Shown here piece by piece: positions 36,642 to 51,349 of a DNA stretch of 64,000 nucleotides; positions within the stretch are counted from its first letter, which is position 1; every line of letters starts with the position of its first letter. This stretch comes from Macrostomum lignano (lineage: Eukaryota). The notes beneath the pieces were generated by a model. That model saw nothing but the letters and a program-made list of their open reading frames with translations. It did not search any database and was not told where the DNA came from. A program made the position numbers and the translations under genes. The stretch spans positions 1 through 64,000 of the forward strand of contig NIVC01002492.1 in NCBI GenBank assembly GCA_002269645.1. The letters run 5' to 3'.

Positions 36642-37924
36642 CTGGAGTCCATAACTTTATCTGTGGGTCGACCAAAACGAAAGCAAATTAGAATTCTTGA
36701 CGGTCCTACAGCTCGGAATTAACAATAGAACGTGCGCCCTAATGAACAATTGAATTCTCTGATTTCTGTAATAGGTCCTCCTGAGGGCGTCTTCTTCGTT
36801 ACGTCTGAAACATAACAGATAACTCAAATCAAATAAATACATCCTCTAGGAATATGTCCCAGGAAACAAGGAGGCCTTTCTCAAAATGTGTCAACAATCA
36901 ACGGCTACTCGTAAACTTAATTAGTCAACTTATTAATAAAAAAGAATTAAATCGGGTAAAAGCTTACCAATCTGTCCGGATTTCTTCTCTCAGAGAAGGG
37001 TCTTCTTTGTTAACGTCTTCCAAAGTCTTCCTTGAGACCGCTCCGAGTCTGAATTTTTTACTCAGATTTTCGCTAATATTTATATTAAAATTTTGGTGAA
37101 AAACTAGTTTAAAATCGGTTATTTACTTAGGTCACACATTTTTGATTAAGGGGTCATGAATGTTTGATCATTACCATATAAGGAATTAAGCAAATACAAC
37201 TCCCAAGAACCGGTTTCTTGATCAAATAAACGTTGGTCCTACGTAGGTCTCTGAGTCACTTCTGTTTGCACATGACTTATTCTAAAAACAGATATTTTAA
37301 AAGTAGATATGACTCATTATGACTCATTCTAAAAATAGATTGCGAAATTAAATTGATTTTCTTAGATGCTACTTTAAGTAGTGCATTACGGAATGACTAA
37401 CGGCTCTCTACTGAACCCCGGCAAACCAAAAAAACTTTGCGATACTCTACTTTAATCCTAAATTTTTGCTTAAAATGCTCAGCCCGCTTTAAAACCTCTT
37501 CAAGACGGTGAAGATATATTCTTCACTTGCCGTTTCAGTCATATGGGTCGAATTCGGGCCATAGACACTTTCTTTCTTTTCAACCCATGGATGAATAATA
37601 TAAATGGATCGCCAAAAGATAATACTATTCATCTATGGTTCAACCCTGCATCCCCATGCATTCCAGTCGGAACGACCATGCATAGAGAAAAATATTTTGC
37701 ACATTGTCAAAAATCAGCCTTTAGGATAATGCAATCGTCTATGGTTAAACCATGAGCACATTGTTTATTTTTTCACTTAAACTTCAGGATAAAGATTTCA
37801 AACTCGGGATAATGGACACCTATTTTTAGAACAAAACAGCAAACACCAACAACAAAAGATTAGCGCTATGGAAAGTTAATTGTGCAGTATCAATATGGCG
37901 CAATTGTCATAGTGCCGAAGACCA

Positions 37925-38400
37925 TTACAGATCGCAATTGTTGAAAGTGCAGTTGTTCATAATAAAGATATTCCGACCGTTCATCTGACGACCATCAGAC
38001 ACGCTCACTGCTTCTTGCACGATGGAACTTTGGATGCTGATGTCAGCAGGCATTGTTACTTGACCGTGGGTCGCGGCGCTTTGTCCCATGTTCAACGCAC
38101 GCGACACTGCATCGCTGCATTGTTGCAGGGACTTGTCCCGTTTAACTGCCAGGTAGCGCCGGACCGTGCTCTCGGACTTTTGACCTGTGATAGCCATGAT
38201 ATCGCTCATCGAATGACCAGCCGATTCCAGGTCTCAAGAAAGTGCAAGAAGTTCAAAAAGTCTTCGTTATCCTTCATGTCCTTCTGAGATGTGGAAAGTC
38301 TTGAGATCCAATTGAGTTCGCTGCTAGATACGTTGGCTAAACTTTCGACAGGCAGATTGCCCCAGTTGATCGGATATGACGTCTGGTTCTCCATGGCCAA
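37925..38400 (-). pseudogene. C-terminal fragment of a Crypton/DUF3504-type tyrosine recombinase
   Basis: LESAGHSMSDIMAITGQKSESTVRRY (YR box II with the catalytic Tyr) and a C-terminal NNCTFNNC tail typical of CryptonA/KCTD1-like proteins; upstream frames are broken. Confidence 0.65.
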
Positions 38401-38679
38401 GCGAATGTAGCTATTTACGTTTTATTCTCTCTTTCTCTCCACATCTCCTTCCTTTCCACCCTCTTAACCCCCAGCCTGTTTGCAACTTCGTTGTCTATGG
38501 CCCAAACTCCAGTAAACCACCTCAGTCTTTATGTCTCTCTCTCCTCGGTAACCCCTCTCTCCTTTCGATGCCCTTTTTGTCTATGGCCCCACTGAAATTC
38601 GACAATGCGGTTATTCGTAATGCGCGCACTCATGAGCCGGACTATTATCCTAAAGTCTCACTTACGAATAACCAACCAT

Positions 38680-41600
38680 TGTTATAAGTTTAGCATTTCG
38701 AGTGACCGAGACTTTATAACGCAGGAGCTGCTAAAAAGATGCGGCATGCAGGCGTGTGTATTTTTCTTGATCCAATATAACGCGCGGACCTTGGCTCTTC
38801 TATGCCCAGAGCTGAACTAAACAGTGTTAATGTCCATAGACATAAAATAACATTTTCGAATAGCATGCACTTATACACAACACCCCGACCAAAAATTCCA
38901 AACAAGGAAGTTAGTTTTACTGGATCAATCTGTTCACAAGATACGCTTGTAGCAGTCAGTAGTAAGTCAGTCTGTCGGGTGTTTGCGTAGACGAGTACTC
39001 CGTCGAAAAACCCGTGGATTGGCTGTTGCATGAGAATTCGGCAAATACGATTGGTACTGAAGCACCAGAGGAAGGAACAGGAGACTCATAAGACTCCGGG
39101 GTATTTTGAACCGGTGGTTCCTCATCCGCCGTGACAGTCCTCGCATTGATGGCAGATTGATGCACCATTCTGTTTCGGCAATCAGTAGATGTATTTGAAC
39201 CGAACTTGGAAGTGATCTTCTCCTCAACCTTGCTAGATTTAGTCTCGATGCGGATGTAGACCGGTTTGGAAGAGTCTTCCGCTGGCTGATGCAGTTCTGT
39301 GCACGTAGCTGATAGACGGGTACGTGGAATTTTTATAAAAACTTGACTGGCAGGAATCGCACCGATTGAAGAAGGTGTGGTGTTTTGCCTTACGCAGAAA
39401 GAAGCAACTGAGTGTTCCACATCGACTTCGCCAGATGAACACTTGAGAGCCATCTTAAAAACTTGAATAATGCGCTCAACGAAACCGTTGGATTGGTGGT
39501 GCCCAGGTGGCGTGAGGATTTGTTTAATTTTGTTTGATTTCAGAAATGATTGAAACTCCTCAGATCGAAAGGTGGTCCCGTTGTCGGTCACCAGAAACTT
39601 GGGCAACCCAACGTATTTGAAAGTCTTTCGACACGCACTGATAACCGAAGAAGACGCGATAGATCCGAGTGTCTGAACGTCGATCCAGCGCGAAAAAGCG
39701 TCAACCAGCACCAGGAACTTGTAATCCTCCAGGTGAACGCGCTCGAAAAACTCTTCAGCATCAGACCAGCTAGCCAGATTTGCATTGGGCTTTTTCCTGG
39801 CATTTAGCTGGCAAATTGGGCACCTCTGGACAAAACTGTTGATGCTCAGGTCGATTGAAGGCCACCAGAAATATTGGCGCGCAACTCGGATCATCCTGAC
39901 GATTCCTGGATGTCCTTCATGAAGCAGGTGCAGGATTTTGCGCCTCAGTTGAGATGGTGGTACAATCCGAATGCCTCTGAAGACAATTCCGTTCTGTATT
40001 GTGTACTCGGATCGATCCTTGCTGTATGGGAGCATGTGTTTGGGAGGATATTCTGGCCAGCCTTGTGTTATGAACTTCTTCAGAAGAACTATTTCAGAAT
40101 CTTTTGAATGGGAATACGTTTGAGAAGTTCTTCGGAATTTCTGAATTCTTCGAGGTTGTTTATCTCCAGTAGATTCACTGAATTTACGATAGGACATTTT
40201 CTAGTACTTGGGATTTTCGACAAGGTATCAGCTGCAAACATTGTCTCCCCCTTTGAATAGATGACTTGGTAGTCGTAGGCGCTCAAAGTCAATGCCCAGC
40301 GCTGCAATCTGGCTGATACGCGCTCTGAGATCTTGCCAGGATTGAAAAAAAAAATTAGTGGGCGATGATCGGAAATTATCTTGAAGTGTCGACCTGCTAA
40401 TATGCTAATACTGGTGATAATATTTAACACCTTCGACGATGGCAATGCTTCGCGTTCGATATTCGAGTAATTCGACTCAGCGGATTTTAGTATTCGGCTT
40501 GCGAGCCAGACGACTTGCTGCTGATTTTCGTCGTGGGAAAGCACATAACCAATTCCGTCTTTAGAAGCATCGCACGTCAAAAACAGAGGTTGGGTGATGT
40601 CATAAGATACGATTTTGCCTTGAGGTATACTGGATTTAACTTCTGATAAGCATCCGTGTGAAGGTCGGTCCAATTCCATGGTACATGCTTTTTTAGAAGA
40701 TGGTAAAGTGGTTTTGCGATGAGTGAGAAATTCGGGCAGAACAATCCGTAGTGACGCAAGGTAGACACTGCACTCCTTAGTTGATCTTTGTCTCTTGGTT
40801 CTGCCAACTCATTTAGTGCCTTGACCCTTGCAGGATCTGGTTGCAGTTGACCATTAGTGAGTACGAAGCCCCTTGACGCGATCCTTGAACTCCTGAGACT
40901 TGCGGACATTAATTTTAAACCCATGTTGAGCAAGTCTGCCCTTTACCAGTGAAAGAACTCTGTGATGCTCACTAGCGCTCGGAGTCCCGATTACGATGTC
41001 ATCTTGGTAAGAAGCTACGTATGGTATACCTCTCAGCAGTTTATCCATCACCTCTTGAAATATTAACGGAGCGGCGGATATTCCGAACTTCATCTTTCGG
41101 AATGCAAAATGGCCTACATGAGTGGAAATACAGGTCAATCGTTGGCTGTCCTCCGATAATCCAATCTGCAAGTACGCGTCTTCTAAATCGATCACGGAAT
41201 AGTGCTTTGCATTTGGAATAGCTGCTAGAATCTCCTCAAGCTTAGGAAGTTTGTACTGATCAGGATCGATGTTCAGCGTCACCGAGTAATCTCCACAGAT
41301 TCGGATGGGTCTGGCCGACCCTTCGGGCTTGAGAACGGGTACTATTGGACACGAAACGGTAGGGTTTTCCACAGGGTAGATTATACCAGCAGAAAGCAGT
41401 CTTCTCAATTCGGCCTCCACCATAACTTTCATGGAAAATGGCAGAGAACGAGCACGGTAACACATTCCTTCGAATGAGGCGTTGTTTTTAAGTCGAAAGC
41501 TAGCGGTAAACTCATCAGAATTGTTGCAGGTAACTGGACTGCACTTCAGATCGATCTCCAGGATGAGAGAAAATGCTTTGATGAAGTTCATTCCCAGAAT

Positions 41601-43015
41601 GCACTGTGTGCCGGGCTGCCTAACTAGGATATCGCCAACGGCGCTGTTACCGCTGCTGTCCGTGACGGTCGCATTTCTCAGTACGCCTAACACGGTTGTA
41701 CTCAGGCCACCATAAACCTTCAAAACTAATGTGGAATCTTTCTGAATTTCGAAACCGGTTTTGATGGCTAGGTCCTTTGGTAAAGCTGTGATTTGGCTGC
41801 CCGTGTCGATACACATTCTTGCTCTAAGATAGCCGATGTGAAAGTCCTTGTGCCACAAAAGACTGCTGCTAGCTACAATTCCGATGGATAGCGTTTGAGC
41901 GAAGTCGTCAGCCTCTGTGCCTTTTGTCAGCTCAGTGCAGTTTATCTTTTTGTCACTGGAGTGACAAACTGGCACGATGTGACCGCACTTGTTGCAGAAG
42001 GAATTTCTGAATTTGCAGGTTGACCTCAAGTGCCCAGGTTTGCCGCATGAAAATCAAACTCCTTTCGGACGTTCCGTTGTGATTGGTCGAAGCTTCTGGG
42101 CAAGACCAGGTTTTGGCGCGAATTTGTTGAGGCCGTCACTGGTCCTTTGGCTTGAGTTTTTCTTCTTGTGCGGAATTTTTACACTGGCGATTGTATTGTG
42201 AGCCTCGGTAGCTACATGAACCGACTCTGACAGAAGCGCATCACGCAAGGCATCTTCAAGAGAGAGCTCGTCCTTTGTCAGCAGTTTTTGACGTAGGGAC
42301 TGGTTGGAGAGTCCGAAGATGAACTGAGATAAAATGAGATCATTGGCCAGGTCAGCAAACTCACACTTAATAGCCTGATTTTTTAAACGCTCGACGTAAG
42401 TCGCTATAGGTTCTCCGGCCTTCTAAGTCATGGCGTGTAAAACATGGCGCTCGAAATGCAGTAGGCACCATGGTTTTAAGTGATCCAGGATGGCCTTCTT
42501 GATCTGCTCGAAGGTGCATGCACGCACGATTAGTGACTTCTTTTGGTTGCATTAGTGTTTCCGCTAAGGTGAATGCTGAAGTGCCGCAGGTAGCTAGAAA
42601 TACCGCCTTCGCATGATCATCGGTCCGTCCGGTAGCAGTGAGGAAGAATTCGAACCGTTTGAAGTACTGCTCCTCCTCAGGGTACTGCATTGGCATGTCG
42701 CCAAGCTTAAACTCGAGAGACGCGGCCATTTTCGAAATTACAGGTGTTGCAGGATTTGAGTCCAGGATATAGACTCCTATTTCAATCAGAGCGGTCAGCT
42801 TGAAGAATTAGTGCCGATCCTCGTCGCCATGTTATAAGTTTAGCATTTCGAGTGACCGAGACTTAATAACGCAGGAGCTGCTAAAAAGATGCGGCATGCA
42901 GGCGTGTGTATTTTTCTTGATCCAATATAACGCGCGGACCTTGGCTCTTCTTTGATCAGAGCTGAACTAAACAAGTGTTAATGTCCATAGACATAAAATA
43001 ACATTTTAGAATAGC
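38680..43015 (-). mobile_element. Gypsy/Ty3 LTR retrotransposon, near full length, frameshifted gag-pol
   Basis: Direct LTRs at 38680-38883 and 42830-43015 (the latter lacks about 19 outer bp). Gag starts at 42729, followed by CCHC knuckles, protease IDTGS, RT YQDD, RNase H DAS and integrase TDNG..NGFVER. The PR-RT-RH-IN order is Gypsy. Confidence 0.95.
42817..42829 (-). promoter_or_regulatory. Primer-binding site of the Gypsy element (tRNA-Ser GCT type)
   Basis: TGGCGACGAGGAT lies immediately inside the 5' LTR and is complementary to the 3' end (ATCCTCGTCGCCA) of metazoan tRNA-Ser(GCT). Confidence 0.75.
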
Positions 43016-43306
43016 TAATACATGTATGTCTGTGTCCTCTGTGAGTTTAGAGATTTCTGTCAGACAGAAAAGCGCTTTATCTTAATCCGAAACATTGTCG
43101 GCTGATTTTCCATGCAAGAATGGCATTCTTGCACTCTTTTGCGTGCAGGAATGGATGTCTATGGTAAAATCTCACTGAAAAAGCATTAGGCGCAGAAATG
43201 CATTCCTGCACGGTTTTGTGCATTCCTGCACGATGAATCATCCGACAATGAGTGTTGCGAAGAAGGGAATAAGAAGCTGTTAAATTAAAATCACTTGTGA
43301 GAGAAT

Positions 43307-44176
43307 ATGGCTGAGCCACCAACTAAAGTCAGACTTCTGAATCTGAGCAAATTTCCGAACGAAATGATTTCCGGCTTGTCCACCAATGAGATTGACGACA
43401 TTCTGAACGAGCCTGATAATCTACCGGAGTCGGCAATTGATCGAGAAGAGGAGGTTCTTCTGGAGGCACTTTTCAAGAAGATACCTGACGAAGAAGCTGA
43501 ACTACTTGAATTGGAACAGCTCGTTTCCGAAATCGAGGACACCGCCGCTAGTAAAAGTGTGACAAAGGCTACCGAATATTATGTCGGTAAGTTGCAGAGC
43601 TTCATGGAGAACCATCCGTCAGTTCAGCGTGATTTGGCGACTTCTACACCGCGCGAGATCGACAGTCTATTGCGATACTTCTATGGCTCACTTCGCAAGA
43701 GGAATGGCGAATACTTTGCTCCAGCCACGTTGATTTGTATCCGAGCTGCGCTCTACCGGCATTTCATGTCGACAAGGCGAATCAATATTCTAACTGACGA
43801 CGCATTCTATGCTTCCAATACGACACTGAAGTCAATGGGCAGAATCTTCATTGCCCGAGGCGGACGCGCCCGACACTTCCAATCGATCGAGCCTGTTGAT
43901 CTGAAGAGGCTGTCTGACTACTTCGATCGGAAATCTCCAGAGGTGCTACTTCATGAAGTGTACTACAACGTTATTTTCTACTTCGGAAACAGAGGTCGCG
44001 AGTGGATCCGTTCACTAAGCGATGATTCCTTTCGATTTGAGACGGATTCCGATGGGATTGAAGTGGTGCGCTTTGTTGCTGGAACAGTAAAGAATGTTGG
44101 CAAAGAACTCTCCAGGAACTCGTGTGACGATGTCAAGCAAGCTATTATGAGTGCGTTGCCAGACACGTACTTGTAG
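43307..44176 (+). CDS. Crypton/DUF3504-type tyrosine recombinase, N-terminal about 289 aa, truncated before the catalytic H-x-x-R/Tyr region
   Basis: Open ORF with LLRYFYGSLRKRNGEYFAPATLICIRAALYRHF and YFGNRGREWIR (first catalytic Arg region) characteristic of CryptonA/ZMYM/KCTD1-like YRs. Confidence 0.8.
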   Translation: MAEPPTKVRLLNLSKFPNEMISGLSTNEIDDILNEPDNLPESAIDREEEVLLEALFKKIPDEEAELLELEQLVSEIEDTAASKSVTKATEYYVGKLQSFMENHPSVQRDLATSTPREIDSLLRYFYGSLRKRNGEYFAPATLICIRAALYRHFMSTRRINILTDDAFYASNTTLKSMGRIFIARGGRARHFQSIEPVDLKRLSDYFDRKSPEVLLHEVYYNVIFYFGNRGREWIRSLSDDSFRFETDSDGIEVVRFVAGTVKNVGKELSRNSCDDVKQAIMSALPDTYL

Positions 44177-44371
44177 CAGAAGTATACTTATTAAAATATA
44201 CTCACTTTCCGTGCATTACACGCACGCGTTAGACGCACGCTTGTTGCTTTTACTCAGATAGAAAATTGCCATAGACACCTACATTAGACGCACAGTAAAT
44301 CGTGCATCTAACGCACGCCAGCGTGATACAATGGAATTCCTTCAGGAATATATCATTCCCAAAAGTTTTTC

Positions 44372-46444
<2,073 letters not shown>

Positions 46445-47679
46445 AGAACCATTGTCATCTTCCAAAGTGTTGGCAGGCTTTTACCTTTGACTGCTTTTGA
46501 AATTTGAGTGAAACTTTCTCGCTATGTTTGCTGGTTCTTACTGTTTTGACTTTGACGTATGTGCTGAAATAAAATTACGCAAAGCCCTCCAAAACATCTT
46601 TATGAATGACAAATAGTGTAACGTAGAAGTAAGACCAACTAGCTTTATATGGTTTATATTCCATTAAACCCCAAAAGACTAACGCAGAATAAAAGCAAGT
46701 GGCACAAAAGACCGGCAGACGCGGCCCAGAAAGGGAAAACGAACCCCTTAAGCGACGAAATATATTGATTTTGTAATTTAAAAGAGGAAAAAATATTTTG
46801 CCAAAATTACGCCGACTCAGCGGCCGCGACGCGTGACTAAATAGCACAGAGCGGGGGGGAGGCTGCCCTAAGCCCTGCACGCACGCAGAGCACCAGCACC
46901 CCACCAACCCACCAAAGCGAGGCCAGGCCGGCGCGGGGGGGTTTAAAACCAGTTAAAGTCAGATACCTGCCTCAAACTGACGTAATATACAAATATCTTT
47001 GCGAAGTTTGTTTGCTTTATTTCTATTACACCTTTTCACATTCAATTTTGATCAAAGTCCAGTTCTAAAAAAACTAGCAGAAAGTCAATTCAGACAATTC
47101 AGACTGGGCAACGCTTACGGAAAATCAATAAAAACAAATCCAAGTTCAAAACAGACAGCCGTTTCAATTCAAATATTGGCTTTTTGTCTATGGTTAAAGC
47201 TCGTTTCGGTGGCAGAGAGAAGAAAGTCAACAGAACCAGATATCAATTAAAAGAACACAGACACAGAAATTCAAACATAGGATTTTTTTCTGTGGCAAAA
47301 CACTACGGGGGAGAGACCGAGAAGAAAATCAATAAAGACAAAATGCTGTTCAAAAGAGACACAAGCACTTCAATAAAAACTGACACAACTGTCTATGGTC
47401 GAATCTTGTATATATTGTCAGATAGCTTAGTTATACGTATGACATTGGCCACTTAATAGTTCACCCAGTTAGATTATTATTATAGGATTTTTCGTTTGAT
47501 TTCATAAAATTGTCATTTGATTTCGTCCATAGAAGTTGGCAGCGCGGCCATAGAGTCTATGGCAATGGAGTGCGCTGTTTTCCGATTGAATTCGTGACTT
47601 TGCCACTTCATTTCGACTTGACGCGCGGAGTGACTCAAACACTGCCAGAGGGGACTGGGATATCAGTGGGTGAATATCT

Positions 47680-48075
47680 ATGGCCAAACCAGAAATGAAA
47701 AGCCTCTATGAACGTGTCCTCTTCTTGGGCAACAGTCACTTTCCTTGTGTGCCTAAAAATGGCTGCATACGCGTCCATTGGAAACGTATAAACGCGGCCA
47801 ATCGTATTCAACTGCGAACTCTGCCACCGTACTCTCCATTTCTTAACGCCGCGGAGCAGGCACACAGTTGTCTCAAGGCTTCGCTTAAACGCCAGCTAGC
47901 AACACCTGAGCTTCAACAAGAACTTACATGTAGCTATCCGCCTGATGGCATCAACCTAACGCAGTGGAGACTCATGGTGCTTTTCCGCTGCGGCTACGTT
48001 GCACCAGAGGAAATTTCCGCCGCGAAGTGCCTTGCCTGGGAACGGCATGTGATGCGGTTTCTGCCCCTGTGCATC
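47680..48075 (+). pseudogene. IS630/Tc1-family DDE transposase C-terminal fragment
   Basis: LRTLPPYSPFLNAAE..SCLKASLKR matches the LPPYSPxLNPIE motif. Confidence 0.7.
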
Positions 48076-48103
48076 AAATGTATAATTCTTGAACGCTTAA
48101 GCG

Positions 48104-48488
48104 GTGGCAGGCAGGTCCACGGAGAGTGCGCTTCACGTCTTGGTCGACATGCGGGAGAAAGCCCTTCTTGGTAATGGCTACGCTCTTGCTGTCTTCCTCG
48201 ACATTGTTGGAGCCTTGGATAATGTACTCTTCGAGGCTTTTGACAGAGCTCTTCGTGCTAGAGGAACCCACTCGCACCTCACCCGGTGGATCATGTATAT
48301 GATCAGCCACCGTACTGCCACCGCACACCTGCTGGGCCACCAACGGACGGTAACCGTCTGCAAAGGCAGCCCCCCCCCCCCAAGGCGGTGTTCTCTCTCC
48401 AGTTCTCTGGAACATAGTCATCGATGAGCTCCTTCAGGACAGCCATCTTGACCTCATCCTTAAGGACGGTTACGCCGATGATGTCCAT
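48104..48488 (+). pseudogene. Non-LTR retrotransposon RT fragment (R1/LOA-like)
   Basis: GRSTESALH..VFLDIVGALDNV, then after a frameshift in a poly-C run QGGVLSPVLWNIVIDELL..GYADD. Confidence 0.75.
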
Positions 48489-48505
48489 GGATAAATAATA
48501 AAAAC

Positions 48506-48736
48506 GGATCGCCAGAAGCTCGATTTTTTTGGTCCTAGCCATAGAAAAGCACCAGCATCACAAGAAGCTCAGAATGCCGTACTTTCACACATAGACAAAT
48601 AGCCGCTGCAGAAGCTGCAAACCTTTATTTATAAGTATACTTAGTAGGATAAGTGAAAATATTGCAAATGTGAGCTTCTTGTGATGCTGGTGCTTGTCTA
48701 TGGCTAGGACCAAAAAAATCGAGCTTCTGGCGATCC
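48506..48736. mobile_element. About 230-bp foldback MITE with about 66-bp TIRs
   Basis: 48506-48571 (GGATCGCCAGAAGCTCGATTTTTTTGGTCCTAGCCATAGA..) is the near-perfect reverse complement of 48671-48736. Confidence 0.85.
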
Positions 48737-49018
48737 AGTTATATTATAGCTTTTTGCAGCCCATTTGGGCTTACGCGCATCGAATTTAATCCAAGATACG
48801 TTTGGCAATGTAACATAGCTTTTGTCTATGGTTGCAAGGCTGGCACAGCGGCATTTAATTTAGTCCATTTAGTTCATTTGCAGCTCAGTCCCAGAATTGT
48901 GGACCATATGCTAGGCTATTGAACGAATGTCATTGGCTTGTAAATACTTTAGAAGACTATGAATAAGGCGCAAAACTAAGTCTCCATAAACTAACAGAAA
49001 ATTTTACAGCTGAAGATT

Positions 49019-50704
49019 ATGGCTGCACTCATGGAAGAATTTGAAAGTTTTTCCGATTCGGACTTAATGACGTCCGATGAAGAAGAAGACATCATGTCAG
49101 AGGACGATTATGGTGAGTCGGACGGCCAGAGCACTGCCGAAGAGACGGAAGAGCTGTCTTGGCATTCTGTAGTTGCTGGGCATGACGTGCAAGCGAATGT
49201 GCACGAGTTTCTAGGGACACCTGGACTGAATCCAGGAATTTGCGTACCTGGTGATGTTGAGCAGGCAACGTCCTTTTTTCTCGGTCTTTTTTTGTCCAAT
49301 AGCCTTTTCGAAGAACTGGCAAAATGGACTAATCGAAGAGCCTGGGCGGCGATCCACTCTGTCAATGTCGACGACCTGCCTCGGAGTTTTGCGCAATGGA
49401 GAGATTGCAGTGCGAATGAAGTAAAGAAAGTGTTAGGAATGTGCCTTTACAGCCTTTACATGGGTTCCAATAAAAAGGCCGAAATGAACGAGTACTGGAG
49501 CACAGACAGTTACTACAGTACGCCGTACTTTCAAGCACCTCAAGCTCTCTCTAGGGACCGCTTCAAGCAGCTACTTGGTCTGCTCCGTTTCTACGATTGC
49601 GCTGAGGATCCGATTGTCAACGATCCTCTCTTTAAGATCCGTCCGTTGCTGCAGGCTTTGAAAGAGGCTTGTATTAATGTGTACAGGCCCGAGGAGGATG
49701 TGAGCGTGGATGAGTCTTTGGTGCTGTACAAAGGTCGCCTGCGCTTTAAGCAATATATTACAACGAAGCGGGCTAAGTACGGAATAAAGCTATATTGTGC
49801 ATGTGAGGCCAAATCAGGCTACCTGTACAACTTCCGCGTTCACTCGACCCCAGAGGAGAACCGCCGGTTCGATGAACAGTTGCAGGGAGACAATCTGTCC
49901 TTCAGCGAGAAGATTGTTGTTGAGCTCTGCTACAACTTGTTGCACCAAGGCTACCGCATCTTTGTCGATAAATGGTTCGGTTCCTATCGGCTGTCAGAGT
50001 ACCTGCTGACTCAAGGAACGCACCTGACTTGTACCGTCCGGGCCGACCGAGGTGTGCCGATTGAGCTCAGACAGCTGCACGTTCCACCTAACGACGTCGC
50101 CTTCATGCGCAAAGACGGGGTGCTGGCTGTCAAGATCGTTGAACGTAAGGAGAGTGGCCTGAAGACTCTGTATTTGCTGGACACGAAAGAGGCGGCTGAG
50201 AGGGTTCAAACCAGACGCGTGGTTCGTGGAGGAGCAGAAACAGTGAGGTCAGTTCTCACCTACAATCGGTGCATGTGTGGTGTTGACAGAATGGACAGTC
50301 ATCTACAGCCTCATCTGCCAGGGAGGAAAACTACAAAGTGGTTTTTGAAGCTCGGCTTGCATCTTTTTCTTCAAATGATTCGCAACGCTTGGATTGTGTA
50401 CAGCCGGTGCGGTGGAGAGAAGACGTTCGCCAAGTTTCTTGAGGCCAGCATTCGGGAGCTGGTGGAGCGTACCGGAACAAGCAGGAAGCGCCCGGCCGCT
50501 GGCATCCAGGCCGCTCCAGGTGGCCCAGTCAGTCCGCACTTTCCAACGAAGATTGTGGCGCGGGACAGTCAGCCAAGACCAACAAAGCGCTGTCGTGTCT
50601 GCTACAGAGCTGGAAGCAGCAAGCGCACGATCTACTGCTGCCCTGAGTGTCCAGGGGAACCGGGGCTCTGCTTGGAAGCCTGCTTTCAGCAGTGGCATGC
50701 CTGA
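49019..50704 (+). CDS. piggyBac transposase (PGBD4-like), intact 561-aa ORF
   Basis: DDD triad in VSVDES, FVDKWF and GVDRMD; C-terminal CRD KRCRVC..YCCPECPGEPGLCLEACFQQWH; no stops. Confidence 0.93.
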   Translation: MAALMEEFESFSDSDLMTSDEEEDIMSEDDYGESDGQSTAEETEELSWHSVVAGHDVQANVHEFLGTPGLNPGICVPGDVEQATSFFLGLFLSNSLFEELAKWTNRRAWAAIHSVNVDDLPRSFAQWRDCSANEVKKVLGMCLYSLYMGSNKKAEMNEYWSTDSYYSTPYFQAPQALSRDRFKQLLGLLRFYDCAEDPIVNDPLFKIRPLLQALKEACINVYRPEEDVSVDESLVLYKGRLRFKQYITTKRAKYGIKLYCACEAKSGYLYNFRVHSTPEENRRFDEQLQGDNLSFSEKIVVELCYNLLHQGYRIFVDKWFGSYRLSEYLLTQGTHLTCTVRADRGVPIELRQLHVPPNDVAFMRKDGVLAVKIVERKESGLKTLYLLDTKEAAERVQTRRVVRGGAETVRSVLTYNRCMCGVDRMDSHLQPHLPGRKTTKWFLKLGLHLFLQMIRNAWIVYSRCGGEKTFAKFLEASIRELVERTGTSRKRPAAGIQAAPGGPVSPHFPTKIVARDSQPRPTKRCRVCYRAGSSKRTIYCCPECPGEPGLCLEACFQQWHA

Positions 50705-51124
50705 TCTTCGACTGCGATTTGGACTAAGTCTGCCTTAATGAATCTATTTGAAGGCAACTGTTCACTCGAACTTAGTCAAAATATAATGCAAGTCAGTATA
50801 TTTTAATGTAGTTTGTAAGTTTACTGAGTTATTATGTTTATTTAAAGTTTAAAGTTGTCTAACACATATCACAATGTTCTTTTTTTGCGTTTTGGAGTAC
50901 TTTTGCATCTAAATGTACGATCTGCTTACTTTTGTTTTACTTTGTTAAAATATTTTTCGTATGTTTTTTTCTTCAGTCGAGTTGTTTCCAGACCGTGAAT
51001 AATCTGTAGCAGATTTCAACCAACTGCGGTATAAAAGGCAAATGACAATTTTTTTATTTGGAAGGATAAAAGTAAAGCTAGTTCCTTTTTGAATAAATAT
51101 TTGTCCATGACCCCTAATGGCTGA

Positions 51125-51126
<2 letters not shown>

Positions 51127-51159
<33 letters not shown>

Positions 51160-51160
51160 G
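51127..51160. repeat. (AGAC)n microsatellite
   Basis: About 8 perfect units. Confidence 0.95.
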
Positions 51161-51349
51161 TTTTGAAGAGCTGCTCAATCTGATTTTCCTAACTTCAATT
51201 CTATGGCAAGCTCTGCTTACCATAGCCGACCGGAACGGCCTGTGGCCAGCCATAGACTTATAGAGACTTTCCTCACTCGCGAAAGTTTAGGCTTGGATTG
51301 GAGTGTCAGCGTGGTAAGCACTGCTTACCATCAGACTGCTGGCGGTTAA

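Noticed and set aside
36700-37900. Possible decayed hAT-like transposase on the minus strand
   Set aside because: Only vague fragments broken by stops; no diagnostic motif or TIR.
44185-44210. Idea that piggyBac copy 1 inserted at TTAA 44191 and truncated the Crypton ORF
   Set aside because: The TTAA is followed by AATATA rather than a C-starting TIR, the ORF stop precedes it, and I found no matching right TIR.
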